Shown here piece after piece: positions 1-9,114 of a stretch of DNA of 32,746 bases. The notes under the pieces are model-generated. The model was not told the DNA's origin and ran no database searches. It saw only the letters and a program-made list of their open reading frames with translations. Source of the stretch: Candidatus Krumholzibacteriia bacterium (GTDB lineage: Bacteria; Krumholzibacteriota; Krumholzibacteriia; WVZY01); assembly GCA_046754105.1 (NCBI GenBank), contig JBHHVD010000031.1, positions 1 through 32,746 of the forward strand, read 5' to 3'. Position numbers and translations under genes: made by a program. How positions within the stretch are numbered: position 1 is the first letter of the stretch; every line of letters begins with the position of its first letter.

Positions 1-378
1 AACAATTCTATTCCCTGGAAGGTCCAAGAAGTTCCTAATCGTTCCTGCCATATAGACTTCGCCGCGGAAGTCGTCACGCTGAGCGACTGCGAGACGGACG
101 GGGGCGCCTCCCTGGGGTTTGCCTACGCCTTTCTGCGCGCGGGCGCGCGGTGTGTAGTGGTCAACCGCTGGCGCGTCGCCGATGAACCGACGCGGATCTT
201 GATGGAACGTTTCTACGAGAATCTCGCCGAACGGCGGCTGGACAAGAAAGGTGCCCTCGACGACGCCACCGAGTGGCTGCGGCACTTCACGCTGGGCTCC
301 GGTGAGCGGCCCTACGATCACCCCTCGTACTGGGCGGGTTTCACGCTGATCGGCGACCCCTACTGGTCCACCAATTAA
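1..378 (+). CDS. CHAT-domain (caspase-like) protein, C-terminal part; 5'-truncated by the window or degenerate
   Basis: Frame 1 is open from base 1. It reads VVTLSDCET...GFAYAFLRAGARCVVVNRWRVADEPTRILMERFY...HPSYWAGFTLIGD, matching the CHAT C-terminal signature LSACxT...AFxxAGAxxVxxSLWxVxD...HPxxWAxF. Confidence 0.8.
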   Translation, partial: NNSIPWKVQEVPNRSCHIDFAAEVVTLSDCETDGGASLGFAYAFLRAGARCVVVNRWRVADEPTRILMERFYENLAERRLDKKGALDDATEWLRHFTLGSGERPYDHPSYWAGFTLIGDPYWSTN

Positions 379-473
379 TCCCCCGCGGGGCGCCGGGACC
401 ACCCGCGGCAGCCCCCGGGGCGCGTACCCCCCCTGCGGATGAACGCATCGTGTTTGCCCGTGCTCCCGCGCCT

Positions 474-1142
474 TCAACCGGCGGCGGAAGCCGAGACTCC
501 GAGGTAGGCGAGGTAGGCTCGCGCCAGCTCCTTTGTAAAGGCCGCGTCGGTGATCGGCGTCGGGCTCTCCGTCATTTCCGGGAAGAGAATGCGCTCTTCG
601 AGGGCGCGTGTGACCATGAGCGCGCCCAGCGTCGAGGCCAGTTGCGGGTCGGGATGATCCACCCGCCTGCGCGCGGCCAGCACCGGCGCCACCAAAAGCG
701 CCCGCTCGCTCTCTTTCATGCGCTCGCCAAACCGCGTGCGCATGCGCCCGCGCTCTCGCACGCGCAACGCGCGAATGACACCGGCCCGACGGCGGTACAG
801 TCCCACGTAAAAGCCGACCGCCGCTTCGATCCGCTCTTCGAGGTCTGCCGCCCCTGCCCCGAGGCCTACGACATCACCTCGGCCGGCCGCCGCCAGCTCC
901 TCCGCGCACAAGCCGTCCAACTGCTCGAGCAGCGCGTCCTTGTCCTCGAAGCGAGCATAGAACGCGCCCACCGACGACTTGGACCGGCGCGCGATCTCGG
1001 CCACGGTAACGGCCTCGAAGCTCTGCCGGTCCAGCAGCTCGCCTGCCGCCTCGAGGATACGCCGGTGGCTCTCCCGGCTCCGGGCCTGAAGCGGCGGGCG
1101 AAACGGCTCGTTGGTGGTGGCGTACCGTCCCTTGCGGGGCAT
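474..1142 (-). CDS. TetR/AcrR family transcriptional regulator
   Basis: N-terminal QARSRES.RRILEAAGELL...VTVAEIARRSKSSVGAFYARFEDKDALL HTH. AAGGAGG SD upstream. Confidence 0.93.
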   Translation of the reverse strand: MPRKGRYATTNEPFRPPLQARSRESHRRILEAAGELLDRQSFEAVTVAEIARRSKSSVGAFYARFEDKDALLEQLDGLCAEELAAAGRGDVVGLGAGAADLEERIEAAVGFYVGLYRRRAGVIRALRVRERGRMRTRFGERMKESERALLVAPVLAARRRVDHPDPQLASTLGALMVTRALEERILFPEMTESPTPITDAAFTKELARAYLAYLGVSASAAG

Positions 1143-1155
1143 CGAGCCCTCCTTA

Positions 1156-1183
1156 TATTAGAACCCATATTCGTATTCTATTA
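1156..1183. promoter_or_regulatory. Candidate TetR operator 1 (dyad TATTAGAA-N12-TTCTATTA)
   Basis: 7/8-bp inverted repeat in the AT-rich leader of tetR. Shares TATTAGAACC with a second site at 1257. Confidence 0.5.
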
Positions 1184-1256
1184 TAATGAGAGATTTATCA
1201 AACGAATAGAATTCTGAATGATCGGATCCCGAGACGATCCTGTTTGGGTATCTCTG

Positions 1257-1279
1257 TATTAGAACCTGAATACTGGTTC
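1257..1279. promoter_or_regulatory. Candidate TetR operator 2 (TATTA-GAACC-N8-GGTTC)
   Basis: Perfect GAACC/GGTTC dyad immediately downstream of a predicted -10 box. Confidence 0.5.
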
Positions 1280-1280
1280 G

Positions 1281-1310
1281 CTTATAGGACGGACGCGATG
1301 CCCCTGTCAA
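1281..1310 (-). promoter_or_regulatory. Sigma70-type promoter for tetR (TTGACA-N18-TATAAG)
   Basis: tgtcaa at 1305-1310 and cttata at 1281-1286, read on the minus strand. Confidence 0.5.
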
Positions 1311-1351
1311 GCGAAAGTCACCAACGCCGTAACTCTCTTGAACAATATTGC

Positions 1352-2188
1352 TTAGTAGAGCCGGGAACCCGGGGCATGGAGCATGATCAGGCCGGCGAAA
1401 CGGCCGGTCGTGCCCTGCTCGTGGCGGTGGGAGTAGAAGAGGTCCGGACGGCAGGCCGTGCAGCTCTCGGTGACCTCGATGTGGTCGGCGTCGATCCCCG
1501 CCGCTTGCAGCTGCGAGGCGTTCAGCCCCCACAGGTCGAGGTAACAGGTTCCGTGCATGTCTTCCCGGATGAACCGCGCCGCTTCGCTACGGCCGAATTC
1601 CTTGCCGAACGCCTCCAGCACCTCCCGGCCCACTTCGTAGTGGCCCTTGCCGATGGACGGCCCGATGCCGGCGTGGAGATCGCCGGGGCTGGAATCGTAT
1701 TCGGTCTGCATGGCCTCGACCGTGCGCTCGGCGATCCGGCCGAGAGTCCCCTTCCAGCCGGCGTGGGCGAGACCGATGGCGGCCCGCCTCGGGTCGTAGA
1801 ACGAGATCGCGACGCAATCGGCCACCAGAACGGTCAGGGGCACGCCGGGCGAGCGCGTGATGAGGGCGTCGGCCCCTTTGACCGCGTTGTCCGCGGTAAC
1901 GGCCCCACAACCCCGCTCCTTACCCCCCACGGCCGCCACGACATTGCCGTGAATCTGTTCGGGAAAGGTCAGCGCCTCGGGCTCGATCCCGAGCGCCTGG
2001 CTCGCGAGCGCGCGGTTCTCGAGGACGTCGTCGGCGTCGTCGCCGACGTGCAGCCCCAGGTTGAGGCCTTCGTACGGCGGCTTGCTGGTGCCTCCCACGC
2101 GGGTCGTGACGACGTTGGTCAGATACCGGAACGGCTCGAAGCTCCGGTAGGAAAAGAACCGCAGGTTGCCGGTTTTGTGCTCGCGCAT
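1352..2188 (-). CDS. pgeF: Peptidoglycan editing factor PgeF / YfiH-family (laccase-domain) purine nucleoside enzyme
   Basis: LNLGLHVGD, QIHG, ADALIT, VADC, AHAGWKG, GPSIG, CTAC, FYSHR, GRF motifs. Start moved to ATG 2188, which follows a GGAGGAG SD. Confidence 0.92.
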   Translation of the reverse strand: MREHKTGNLRFFSYRSFEPFRYLTNVVTTRVGGTSKPPYEGLNLGLHVGDDADDVLENRALASQALGIEPEALTFPEQIHGNVVAAVGGKERGCGAVTADNAVKGADALITRSPGVPLTVLVADCVAISFYDPRRAAIGLAHAGWKGTLGRIAERTVEAMQTEYDSSPGDLHAGIGPSIGKGHYEVGREVLEAFGKEFGRSEAARFIREDMHGTCYLDLWGLNASQLQAAGIDADHIEVTESCTACRPDLFYSHRHEQGTTGRFAGLIMLHAPGSRLY

Positions 2189-2214
2189 GTTGGCTCCTCC
2201 ACGTGTGGTTTCCG

Positions 2215-2244
2215 ATCGTAACGGCTTGCAAAGGGCGCTGTCAA
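2215..2244 (-). promoter_or_regulatory. Sigma70-type promoter for pgeF (TTGACA-N18-TACGAT)
   Basis: tgtcaa at 2239-2244 and atcgta at 2215-2220. Confidence 0.4.
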
Positions 2245-2472
2245 CCGGCGGCCGGGTCAAGAGGCGGCGCCCGGGCGGCGGCCGAGTAGCTGCGATGACC
2301 GGCCCCGGGCCGCCGCCGGGGTCCGCGCAACTATTGGCCGCCCCGGGCCGTATAACTCCTATGTCGCCCGCGGCGTCACGGAGGCCGGGGCGGCCGCGAC
2401 CGGGCCGGCGAAACCCACGCCAACCCGACCGCCCCTCACGTCCTGCGACACCCTGATGGAGGAGGCTCCCCT

Positions 2473-3285
2473 ATGAAAACCAGATTCATGGCACTGCTGG
2501 CCGTCGTGTCCGTCGCGATACTGGGCGTATCATCCGTTCTCCCGGTGATGGGGCAGGAGTGGACCGTTACCGGGGACGACGAGTGGTGCGATCACGATTC
2601 GAACGAACGCTACTGCGAGGTTCGCGAGATCACACTTGCCGCCGACCGGGCGGTCATCGCGGTGGACGGCGAACCAAACGGCGGCATCAAGGTGCGCGGC
2701 TGGGACAAGGACGAGATCCTGCTGCGGGCCAGGGTCCGCGTGTGGAGGGGATCGAGAGAGGCCGCGCGCGAGGTGGCGGGCGAAATCGAGATCGTGACCC
2801 GCAAGCGCATCTTCGCGAAAGGGCCCAAGCAGCACAGGCGCCGCGGGTGGTCCGTCAGCTACGAACTCATGGTGCCGAAAAAATCGAACCTTTCCCTCGA
2901 GACTCTCAACGGCGGCATTTCCATCGACGACGTCCAGGGGGAAATAGATTTCGATGCGACCAACGGCGGCGTTCGCCTGACCGGCTTGAGCGGTGACGTA
3001 CGGGGCCGCACCACCAACGGCGGTTTGCACATCGAGCTCGGCGGTTCACACTGGGAAGGCGAAGGTCTGGACGTCAGCACGACCAACGGCGGCGTCAATC
3101 TCTACCTGCCGAAGGGCTATTCTGCCGAGCTGGTGGCGGGTACGACCAACGGCGGGATTCACGTGGATTTTCCGATCACCGTCCAGGGACGCATCGGCAA
3201 GAAGCTGCGGGCAAACCTGGGTAAAGGAGGCGCCACGGTCCGCGCCATGACAACCAACGGCGGTGTGAGAATCCGGCAGGGTTGA
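2473..3285 (+). CDS. Secreted DUF4097-family beta-strand repeat protein (putative adhesin-like)
   Basis: Signal peptide, repeated T(T/L)NGG(I/V/L) motifs, GGAGGAGG SD. Confidence 0.85.
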   Translation: MKTRFMALLAVVSVAILGVSSVLPVMGQEWTVTGDDEWCDHDSNERYCEVREITLAADRAVIAVDGEPNGGIKVRGWDKDEILLRARVRVWRGSREAAREVAGEIEIVTRKRIFAKGPKQHRRRGWSVSYELMVPKKSNLSLETLNGGISIDDVQGEIDFDATNGGVRLTGLSGDVRGRTTNGGLHIELGGSHWEGEGLDVSTTNGGVNLYLPKGYSAELVAGTTNGGIHVDFPITVQGRIGKKLRANLGKGGATVRAMTTNGGVRIRQG

Positions 3286-3337
3286 CGGCGGGCCGGTGAC
3301 GCGGCGCAGGCGCGCCCGCGCGTATCGGTCCGCGCAC

Positions 3338-4573
3338 CTACACAAGCAGCCACGATGCCAGCCAGTAGAGCAGGATGGTCATCGCGGCAGTGGCCGGAAC
3401 GGTGGCGACCCACGAGGTAAAGATACTGCGTACGGTTCTCATCTGCAGTGCGGCCAGCCCACGCGCCAGACCCACGCCCATCACCGCACCGACGAGCGAG
3501 TGCGTCGTCGAGATCGGCAGCCCGATCTTGGAGCACACCAGCACCGTCGTCGCGGCCGCGAACTCGGCGGAAAAACCTCTCGTGGGCGTCATGTGCGTGA
3601 TCTTGTTGCCGACCGTTTCCATGACCCGGCGGCCGAACATCCCCAGGCCCAGGACGATTCCCGCCGCTCCGACGAGAAGGATCCACACCGGCACATCCAC
3701 CTTCATGGACACTTCGCCGGTCGACTGAACCGCGTAGATGGCCGCCAGCGGGCCGACCGCGTTGGCCACGTCGTTGGCGCCGTGCGCGAAAGCGACGTAG
3801 GACGCCGTCGTGATCTGCAGGTACTTGAAGATGCGCTCGGTGTAGTCGAATTCCTCGGTCGGGGGCAGCTCTTCCGTGCGCGGGACGGGACGCGGCAGCA
3901 GCAGCTTCGCGAGGACACCGAAGACGACCGCAACCGCTGCGGAAGCAAGCAGCGCCGTCGACATGGGCCAATCGAGGTGAAGGTTCTTCAGCCCCTTGAA
4001 TATCAACGCCATGCTGAGAATAAACCCTACGACCATAACGAAGAACGGGGCGTACCTCGCCGCCGCCTCGTCTGGCCGCTCGGCGGCGAGTATCTTTTTC
4101 TTGATAAATACGAAGGTCACAAACCCCAGGATGCCGCTGACCAGGGGAGAGATTACCCAGCTGGCGACGATGGCACTCATCTTGGCCCAGTTGACCGCGC
4201 CCCCGGCCACCAGCCCAAAACCGAAAATCGCGCCGACGATCGAGTGGGTGGTCGACACCGGCTGGCCGAAGAAACTCGCAAGATTCAGCCACAGGGCCGC
4301 CGCTATCAGCGCCGCCAGCATCCCGTACAACAGCAGATTCGGTTCCGCGGTGAACGCCGCCGGATCGATGATGCCTTTTCGCACCGTGTTGGTGACGTGG
4401 CCGCCTACGAGGACAGCGCCGGCGAACTCGAAGATGCCGGCCACGATCACCGCGCGCTTGAACGTCAGCGCCCTCGACCCCACGGACGTGCCCATGGCAT
4501 TGGCCACGTCGTTGGCGCCGATGTTCCAGGCCATGTACAGGCCGATCGCCACCGCCACAAACAAGAGCACCAT
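3338..4573 (-). CDS. pit: Inorganic phosphate transporter, PiT family
   Basis: Two GANDVANA signature repeats, PVSTTHSIVG and PISTTHSLVG, many TM helices. Confidence 0.96.
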   Translation of the reverse strand: MVLLFVAVAIGLYMAWNIGANDVANAMGTSVGSRALTFKRAVIVAGIFEFAGAVLVGGHVTNTVRKGIIDPAAFTAEPNLLLYGMLAALIAAALWLNLASFFGQPVSTTHSIVGAIFGFGLVAGGAVNWAKMSAIVASWVISPLVSGILGFVTFVFIKKKILAAERPDEAAARYAPFFVMVVGFILSMALIFKGLKNLHLDWPMSTALLASAAVAVVFGVLAKLLLPRPVPRTEELPPTEEFDYTERIFKYLQITTASYVAFAHGANDVANAVGPLAAIYAVQSTGEVSMKVDVPVWILLVGAAGIVLGLGMFGRRVMETVGNKITHMTPTRGFSAEFAAATTVLVCSKIGLPISTTHSLVGAVMGVGLARGLAALQMRTVRSIFTSWVATVPATAAMTILLYWLASWLLV

Positions 4574-4679
4574 GTGTGTGCTTCCTCCTATTCGACCCGC
4601 AGTGTGACCCGTCGCCGTACCCGACCGCCGTGGGTGGCCATCGGGCGCGGTCGCCGCGCCATCGGCCCGGCTGGCGTTG

Positions 4680-5354
4680 TTATTTCTTGGCGATAATGAG
4701 CCGCAGGAACTTCGCCGTGCTCTCGGCGTGGTTCGCCACCCGGCTCAGGGTTTGACAGTACTTGTCATAGAACGACAGGGTGGTCGGGTCCAGTTCCTTT
4801 TCTAGACTGTAGAAGTGCTTCGCGAAGGCCCTCTGAAACTTGTCGGCTTTCCATTCTTCCTGCCCGATGTTGTCGATCGCCTTCAGAACGCGGTCGGCCT
4901 CTGCCCCGGTGAACGCAGCCTCGGCAAGGACCGACAGGTCCTCGGACAGGGCGAGCAGCTGTCGGCTCACGTGGATGACCTGCTCCACGAACTCGACAAA
5001 ACCTTCCTTGAGGTCCGGGTGCATGCGGGTCTTCCGCAGCAGGACAACGACGGAAAAATCCTCGGCCGCATCGGCGATGGTATCCTGCACCGCAAGAAAC
5101 CGGGTGAGCTCGTAGCGGCCGACGGAAAGAAGTTGCACTCCGGTGAGCATGTCCCGTATCTGATCTTTCATCACGTCCGCTTCGTGCTCCGTCCTGGACA
5201 TTTCGTTGTGAAGCTCGCCCAGCTTATCGTAGTCCTCCTCGAGGAGCGCGTCCGTAATGGGACGTATCAGCAGCACGCAATCGTGCACCTTTTTCGTATG
5301 CTCAACCAGCATGCGAAAAGGCGACGCGCCGAAGAGTTTGCGTATGAAATCCAT
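4680..5354 (-). CDS. DUF47 / PhoU-like PiT accessory protein
   Basis: SPFRMLVEH...EHEADVMKDQIR...QDTIADAAED...EWKAD...ANHAE. Lies directly upstream of pit. Start ATG 5354 follows a GGAGG SD. Confidence 0.9.
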   Translation of the reverse strand: MDFIRKLFGASPFRMLVEHTKKVHDCVLLIRPITDALLEEDYDKLGELHNEMSRTEHEADVMKDQIRDMLTGVQLLSVGRYELTRFLAVQDTIADAAEDFSVVVLLRKTRMHPDLKEGFVEFVEQVIHVSRQLLALSEDLSVLAEAAFTGAEADRVLKAIDNIGQEEWKADKFQRAFAKHFYSLEKELDPTTLSFYDKYCQTLSRVANHAESTAKFLRLIIAKK

Positions 5355-5449
5355 TGCCGTTCCCCCTCCAGTGAGGCCCGGGCCGTGATTGCGGCCCCGG
5401 GGTGAAAACCGCGCGCATTGTACAACCAACGGCCGAAAAAAGAAAGTCC

Positions 5450-6304
5450 CTATTCCGCGCTCCGCTGCACGGCTCGTGATTGTTCGTTCAGACTCCAGTC
5501 GTAATCCGTGTGCTTGATGTCCCACGCGGCCGGGTCGCCCTGGATGGCCGCGGCCAACGGGTCGCTCACGTAGCGGGCAACGAAGAGCAGGATCGCCTCG
5601 TTACTGTCGCCGAAATCACCGGCGTACCAATCCAGTATCCTGGAGAGGTGGGCCGTCTTGTTTTCGATGTCGAAATGGTTTTTTTGCTCCTCGGAGAAGA
5701 ACAGGCGTGCCTGCTCGTCCAGTTGTTCGCCAAGGGTCTGCCCCTCGAACGCCTCGGCACGCAGGGCCGGGCAGGATTTCGAGGCGCACACCAGAGCAAA
5801 GTGGGCGCGCGGGTCGCCGAACCGGCGGCGGACGATCTTGTGTTCGATATCGTTGAGGCTCAGCTCTTCGCCGTTTATGACGATGAACTCGCGGTCCCAG
5901 ATCGTCTTGTTGGTGAGAGACCCGACGTAGAGACCTCCGAAGTGAAGGTCGTTGATGCTCCCCACCGGGTAGTTGTCGCAGATCACCTGCAGGGTGAAGG
6001 CGTTGTAGGCATTGAGCCAGAACGCGAGCCGCGAGTCGGCATCGGGGATCGCGCCGGGGTCGGTCGCCGCGACCCGGGCGAGGTAGGCCGGCAATCGCGC
6101 ATCGCCGCACAGGGCCGCGTAGTCGACACCGCCTTCGCGGACGTGCTTGCGCAGAACGGCGCTCAGCGCCTCGTGCGCCTCTGCGGCCCCGGTGTCGATA
6201 CCGCTCGCCGCCGGCTGGATACGTCCCGTGTGCCCCGCGCAGCCACCCCAACACAGCATGCCGGACACCACCGTCGCAACCAGGATCGTCGTCTTCGTCT
6301 TCAC
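5450..6304 (-). CDS. DUF547-domain lipoprotein
   Basis: GVDYAAL...LAFWLNAYNAFT...SLNDIEHKI...DPRAHFALVCASKSCPAL...LSRILDWY...YDWSLNE. GTG start at 6304 with a lipobox-like WGGC. Confidence 0.88.
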   Translation of the reverse strand: MKTKTTILVATVVSGMLCWGGCAGHTGRIQPAASGIDTGAAEAHEALSAVLRKHVREGGVDYAALCGDARLPAYLARVAATDPGAIPDADSRLAFWLNAYNAFTLQVICDNYPVGSINDLHFGGLYVGSLTNKTIWDREFIVINGEELSLNDIEHKIVRRRFGDPRAHFALVCASKSCPALRAEAFEGQTLGEQLDEQARLFFSEEQKNHFDIENKTAHLSRILDWYAGDFGDSNEAILLFVARYVSDPLAAAIQGDPAAWDIKHTDYDWSLNEQSRAVQRSAE

Positions 6305-6308
6305 CGGA

Positions 6309-7613
6309 TCACTCCATCGCCCCAATCCAGTCGCCGATGTGATCGACGGCCTCGACCACCCGCCCGCAGTTTTCGTGCACGAACCCGTCGCCGAGCGCCT
6401 CGTCGAGGGGCACGCTCTCGGCCGCCTCCAGCGCCCGTTTGCCGTCGAAATCCACGTAGGCCAGACGCGCCGTGAACTCGTCGGCGGGACGGCCGAAGGC
6501 GCTTCCCGGCAGGATCGCCACGCCGGCGTCCTCGAGCAGGCGCTCGCACATTTCGATACCGGTGCGGATCCCCTTCTTGAGGAGCCTTTCACGGAGCGGG
6601 GAAAAATCGGGGAACAGATAGAACGCGCCCTGCGGCGGCAGGATATCCGCGCCGGCTTTCGCCAGCAGGCCGGTGAGCCGCTCACCGATCGCCGAGAGCA
6701 CGCGGCGCGACTGCACGAGGTAGCGCTCGATCTCGGGGCCTTCCTGAAACGCGCGCACCGCCGCGTACTGGATCGGCGCGCTCGTCGACGTAAACGTCTC
6801 GCTTGCCACCGCCGCCATCGCCTCGAGCAGCCAGCGGAGCGATTTCGGAAAAACAAAAAGCCCCAACCTCCAGCCGCCGGCCCCGCACCACTTGCTCAAA
6901 CCCCCGCTGAAGATCGTGCCTTCGGGGTAGAGGGGTACGATCGATTCGTGTTTTCCCCTGTGGTGGATCTTGCCGTAGATCTCGTCGGACAGGACGACTA
7001 CGTGGTTTTCTCTCGCCACTTCCGCGATCTCGCCGAGCTGGGTGTGCGACAACGTGCGGCCGGTCGGGTTGGACGGATAGTTGAGAACCAGAATGCGCGG
7101 GCGGCCGTGGTCCTTCGCGCAGAACTCCTCGAGCTGCGCGGCCGTGATCTGCCAGTCGGTTTCGATCGTGGTCGGCAGGATAAAAATGTTGCGGCCGATG
7201 ATCCGTGCCTGCGGCGCGTACGACACCCAGGCGGGAGCGCCGATTACGAGATCGCCGTAGTAGGCCAGCTGCAGGAGGAACATCAGCTCTTTCGAGCCGG
7301 GGCCGATCAATACGTCGTCGGCGGTGCACCGGATGTCGAAGGTCCGCGCGTGGTGCTCCGCGACGATTTCCCGCAGCTCGTGCAGCCCCGCGACCGGCAG
7401 GTAGTCTTTTTGACCGGCGTTTTGCCGCAGCGCTTCGACGACCGGCTCCGGTACCGGAAACGGCGACTGTCCCAGCCCCAGCTTGAAGACGTCTCTTCCC
7501 TGCCGCCGGAGCGCGTTGGACCGGTCGTTGATCGCCACCGTCGCCGAAACGCCCAGACCGCGGACGTTCAGGTTCAGGTGAACCTCGTTAAATGATTCGG
7601 GGTGTTCATGCAT
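6309..7613 (-). CDS. PLP-dependent aminotransferase class I/II (aspartate aminotransferase-like)
   Basis: LGLGQSPF, NYPSNPTG, SDEIY, GLSKWCGAGGWRLG (PLP lysine), PQGAFY. Confidence 0.92.
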   Translation of the reverse strand: MHEHPESFNEVHLNLNVRGLGVSATVAINDRSNALRRQGRDVFKLGLGQSPFPVPEPVVEALRQNAGQKDYLPVAGLHELREIVAEHHARTFDIRCTADDVLIGPGSKELMFLLQLAYYGDLVIGAPAWVSYAPQARIIGRNIFILPTTIETDWQITAAQLEEFCAKDHGRPRILVLNYPSNPTGRTLSHTQLGEIAEVARENHVVVLSDEIYGKIHHRGKHESIVPLYPEGTIFSGGLSKWCGAGGWRLGLFVFPKSLRWLLEAMAAVASETFTSTSAPIQYAAVRAFQEGPEIERYLVQSRRVLSAIGERLTGLLAKAGADILPPQGAFYLFPDFSPLRERLLKKGIRTGIEMCERLLEDAGVAILPGSAFGRPADEFTARLAYVDFDGKRALEAAESVPLDEALGDGFVHENCGRVVEAVDHIGDWIGAME

Positions 7614-7759
7614 GAGCCGTACCGAGCTGCTTCCGTCCTCCTGACGATTAGTGTGCGGACTCGTGGAAATATTACAACCTTCTTGGACGAAGGTCGAGAA
7701 CCCCGTGCGGCGGAACGAACGTCTTTCATAATCCCCTGCGGAGTCCTATAATCCCCGGG

Positions 7760-8536
7760 ATGGCGCCGATGCAGCGTATAATCTCCTGGAACGTCAACGG
7801 GCTCAGGGCGGTCTACAAGAAGGGTTTCCTGGGGTGGCTGGACCGGGAGCGCCCGGACGCGTTGTGCGTCCAGGAGGTTCGCGCAGAAGTAGACCAGCTG
7901 CCGGCCGAGCTCGCGGCACCCGCCGGCTATCACGCCTATTTTACCACCGGCCACCGGAAGGGCTACAGCGGCGTGGGGTTGTACACGCGCCAACGCCCGG
8001 CGTCCGTGGACCGCGGCATCGGCATCGAACGATTCGACGTCGAGGGACGGTTTGCCATTGCGGACTACGGGGCGTTTCTCCTTTATAACGTTTATTTTCC
8101 CAATGGGTCGGCATCGGCCGAGAGGCTCGATTTCAAGCTGGCGTTTTACGACGCCTTCCTCGAACACGTGACTGCGGCGACCCGGGCGGGCAGAAAGGTG
8201 ATCGTCTGCGGCGACCTCAATACCGCGCACCGCGAAATCGACCTCGCCCGGCCCGAGGCCAACGAGAACAACTCGGGTTTCCTGCCGCAGGAACGCGACT
8301 GGATCGACCGCTTCATCGCCGGCGGCTTCGTGGATACCTTTCGGATGTTTCACCCGGGCCCCGGGCACTATACCTACTGGGACTTCAAGACCCGAGCGCG
8401 CGCGCGTAACGCCGGCTGGCGTATCGATTATTTCTTCATCAGCGCAAACCTCGAGAGCCGGGTCAAGGACGCCTTCATCCTCTCCGAAGTACCCGGCTCC
8501 GACCACTGCCCCATCGGCATCAATATCGATATCTGA
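7760..8536 (+). CDS. xth: Exodeoxyribonuclease III
   Basis: [43 protein letters not shown] motifs. Start is 7760 or 7769. Confidence 0.96.
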   Translation: MAPMQRIISWNVNGLRAVYKKGFLGWLDRERPDALCVQEVRAEVDQLPAELAAPAGYHAYFTTGHRKGYSGVGLYTRQRPASVDRGIGIERFDVEGRFAIADYGAFLLYNVYFPNGSASAERLDFKLAFYDAFLEHVTAATRAGRKVIVCGDLNTAHREIDLARPEANENNSGFLPQERDWIDRFIAGGFVDTFRMFHPGPGHYTYWDFKTRARARNAGWRIDYFFISANLESRVKDAFILSEVPGSDHCPIGINIDI

Positions 8537-8598
8537 CGCGCCCGCCGCGGCCCTCGCGCGGCCGGTCTGGCATGCCTCTTGCCCCTCCCTCCGGCGCC

Positions 8599-9114
8599 AT
8601 GCCGAGCCCGCGCACCATATTCGTCCTGTTGCTCATCGTTGCGGCGCTGCAGTGCGCATTCTACTATCCACGGCTGCCGGGAACGGTCGCATCCCATTTC
8701 AACGGAGAGGGTTATCCCAACGACTGGTCATCGAAGTCGGTCTTCTTCGGAATCATCCTGGCCATAGCGGCAATGAACGCCTTTTTCTTTCTCGTCATGC
8801 CCGGCTGGTTTCCTCGCTTTTCGCAAGCCCGGATGAACCTGCCGCACAAGGAGTACTGGCTTGCCCCCGAGCGCCTGCAAGAGACCCATCGCTACATACG
8901 CACGCAGACGCTGTGGTTCGGCGTCGCGAGCATGGTGCTGATGATCGGCGTCACCCAGATGGCGATCGAGGCCAACCTCAGCACGCAGCCGGCGCTGAGC
9001 CCCGGCGCCTTCAAGCTGTTGATCGCCTACTTCGTTTTCGTCGCCGCGTGGCTTGTGCGGTTCTTCGTGCGTTTTCTCCGCCCCCGTCCGGAGGATGGAA
9101 ATGGCACGCCGTAG
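8599..9114 (+). CDS. DUF1648-domain membrane protein
   Basis: YYPRLPGTVASHFNGEGYPNDWSSK motif, NLPHKEYWLAPER, four TM segments. Start is 8572 or 8599. Confidence 0.8.
   Translation: MPSPRTIFVLLLIVAALQCAFYYPRLPGTVASHFNGEGYPNDWSSKSVFFGIILAIAAMNAFFFLVMPGWFPRFSQARMNLPHKEYWLAPERLQETHRYIRTQTLWFGVASMVLMIGVTQMAIEANLSTQPALSPGAFKLLIAYFVFVAAWLVRFFVRFLRPRPEDGNGTP

Noticed and set aside
2900..3270. Recurring ACCAACGGCGG DNA repeats
   Set aside because: They encode the TNGG beta-repeat motifs of the DUF4097 protein and are not an independent DNA element.
5450..6856. Long N-terminal extensions in the ORF track (DUF547, DUF47, hemA, NlpC/P60, hydrolase 2, merR, ARPP-1)
   Set aside because: The extensions overlap neighbouring genes or promoters. 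Downstream starts with an SD, signal peptide or coupling fit better.
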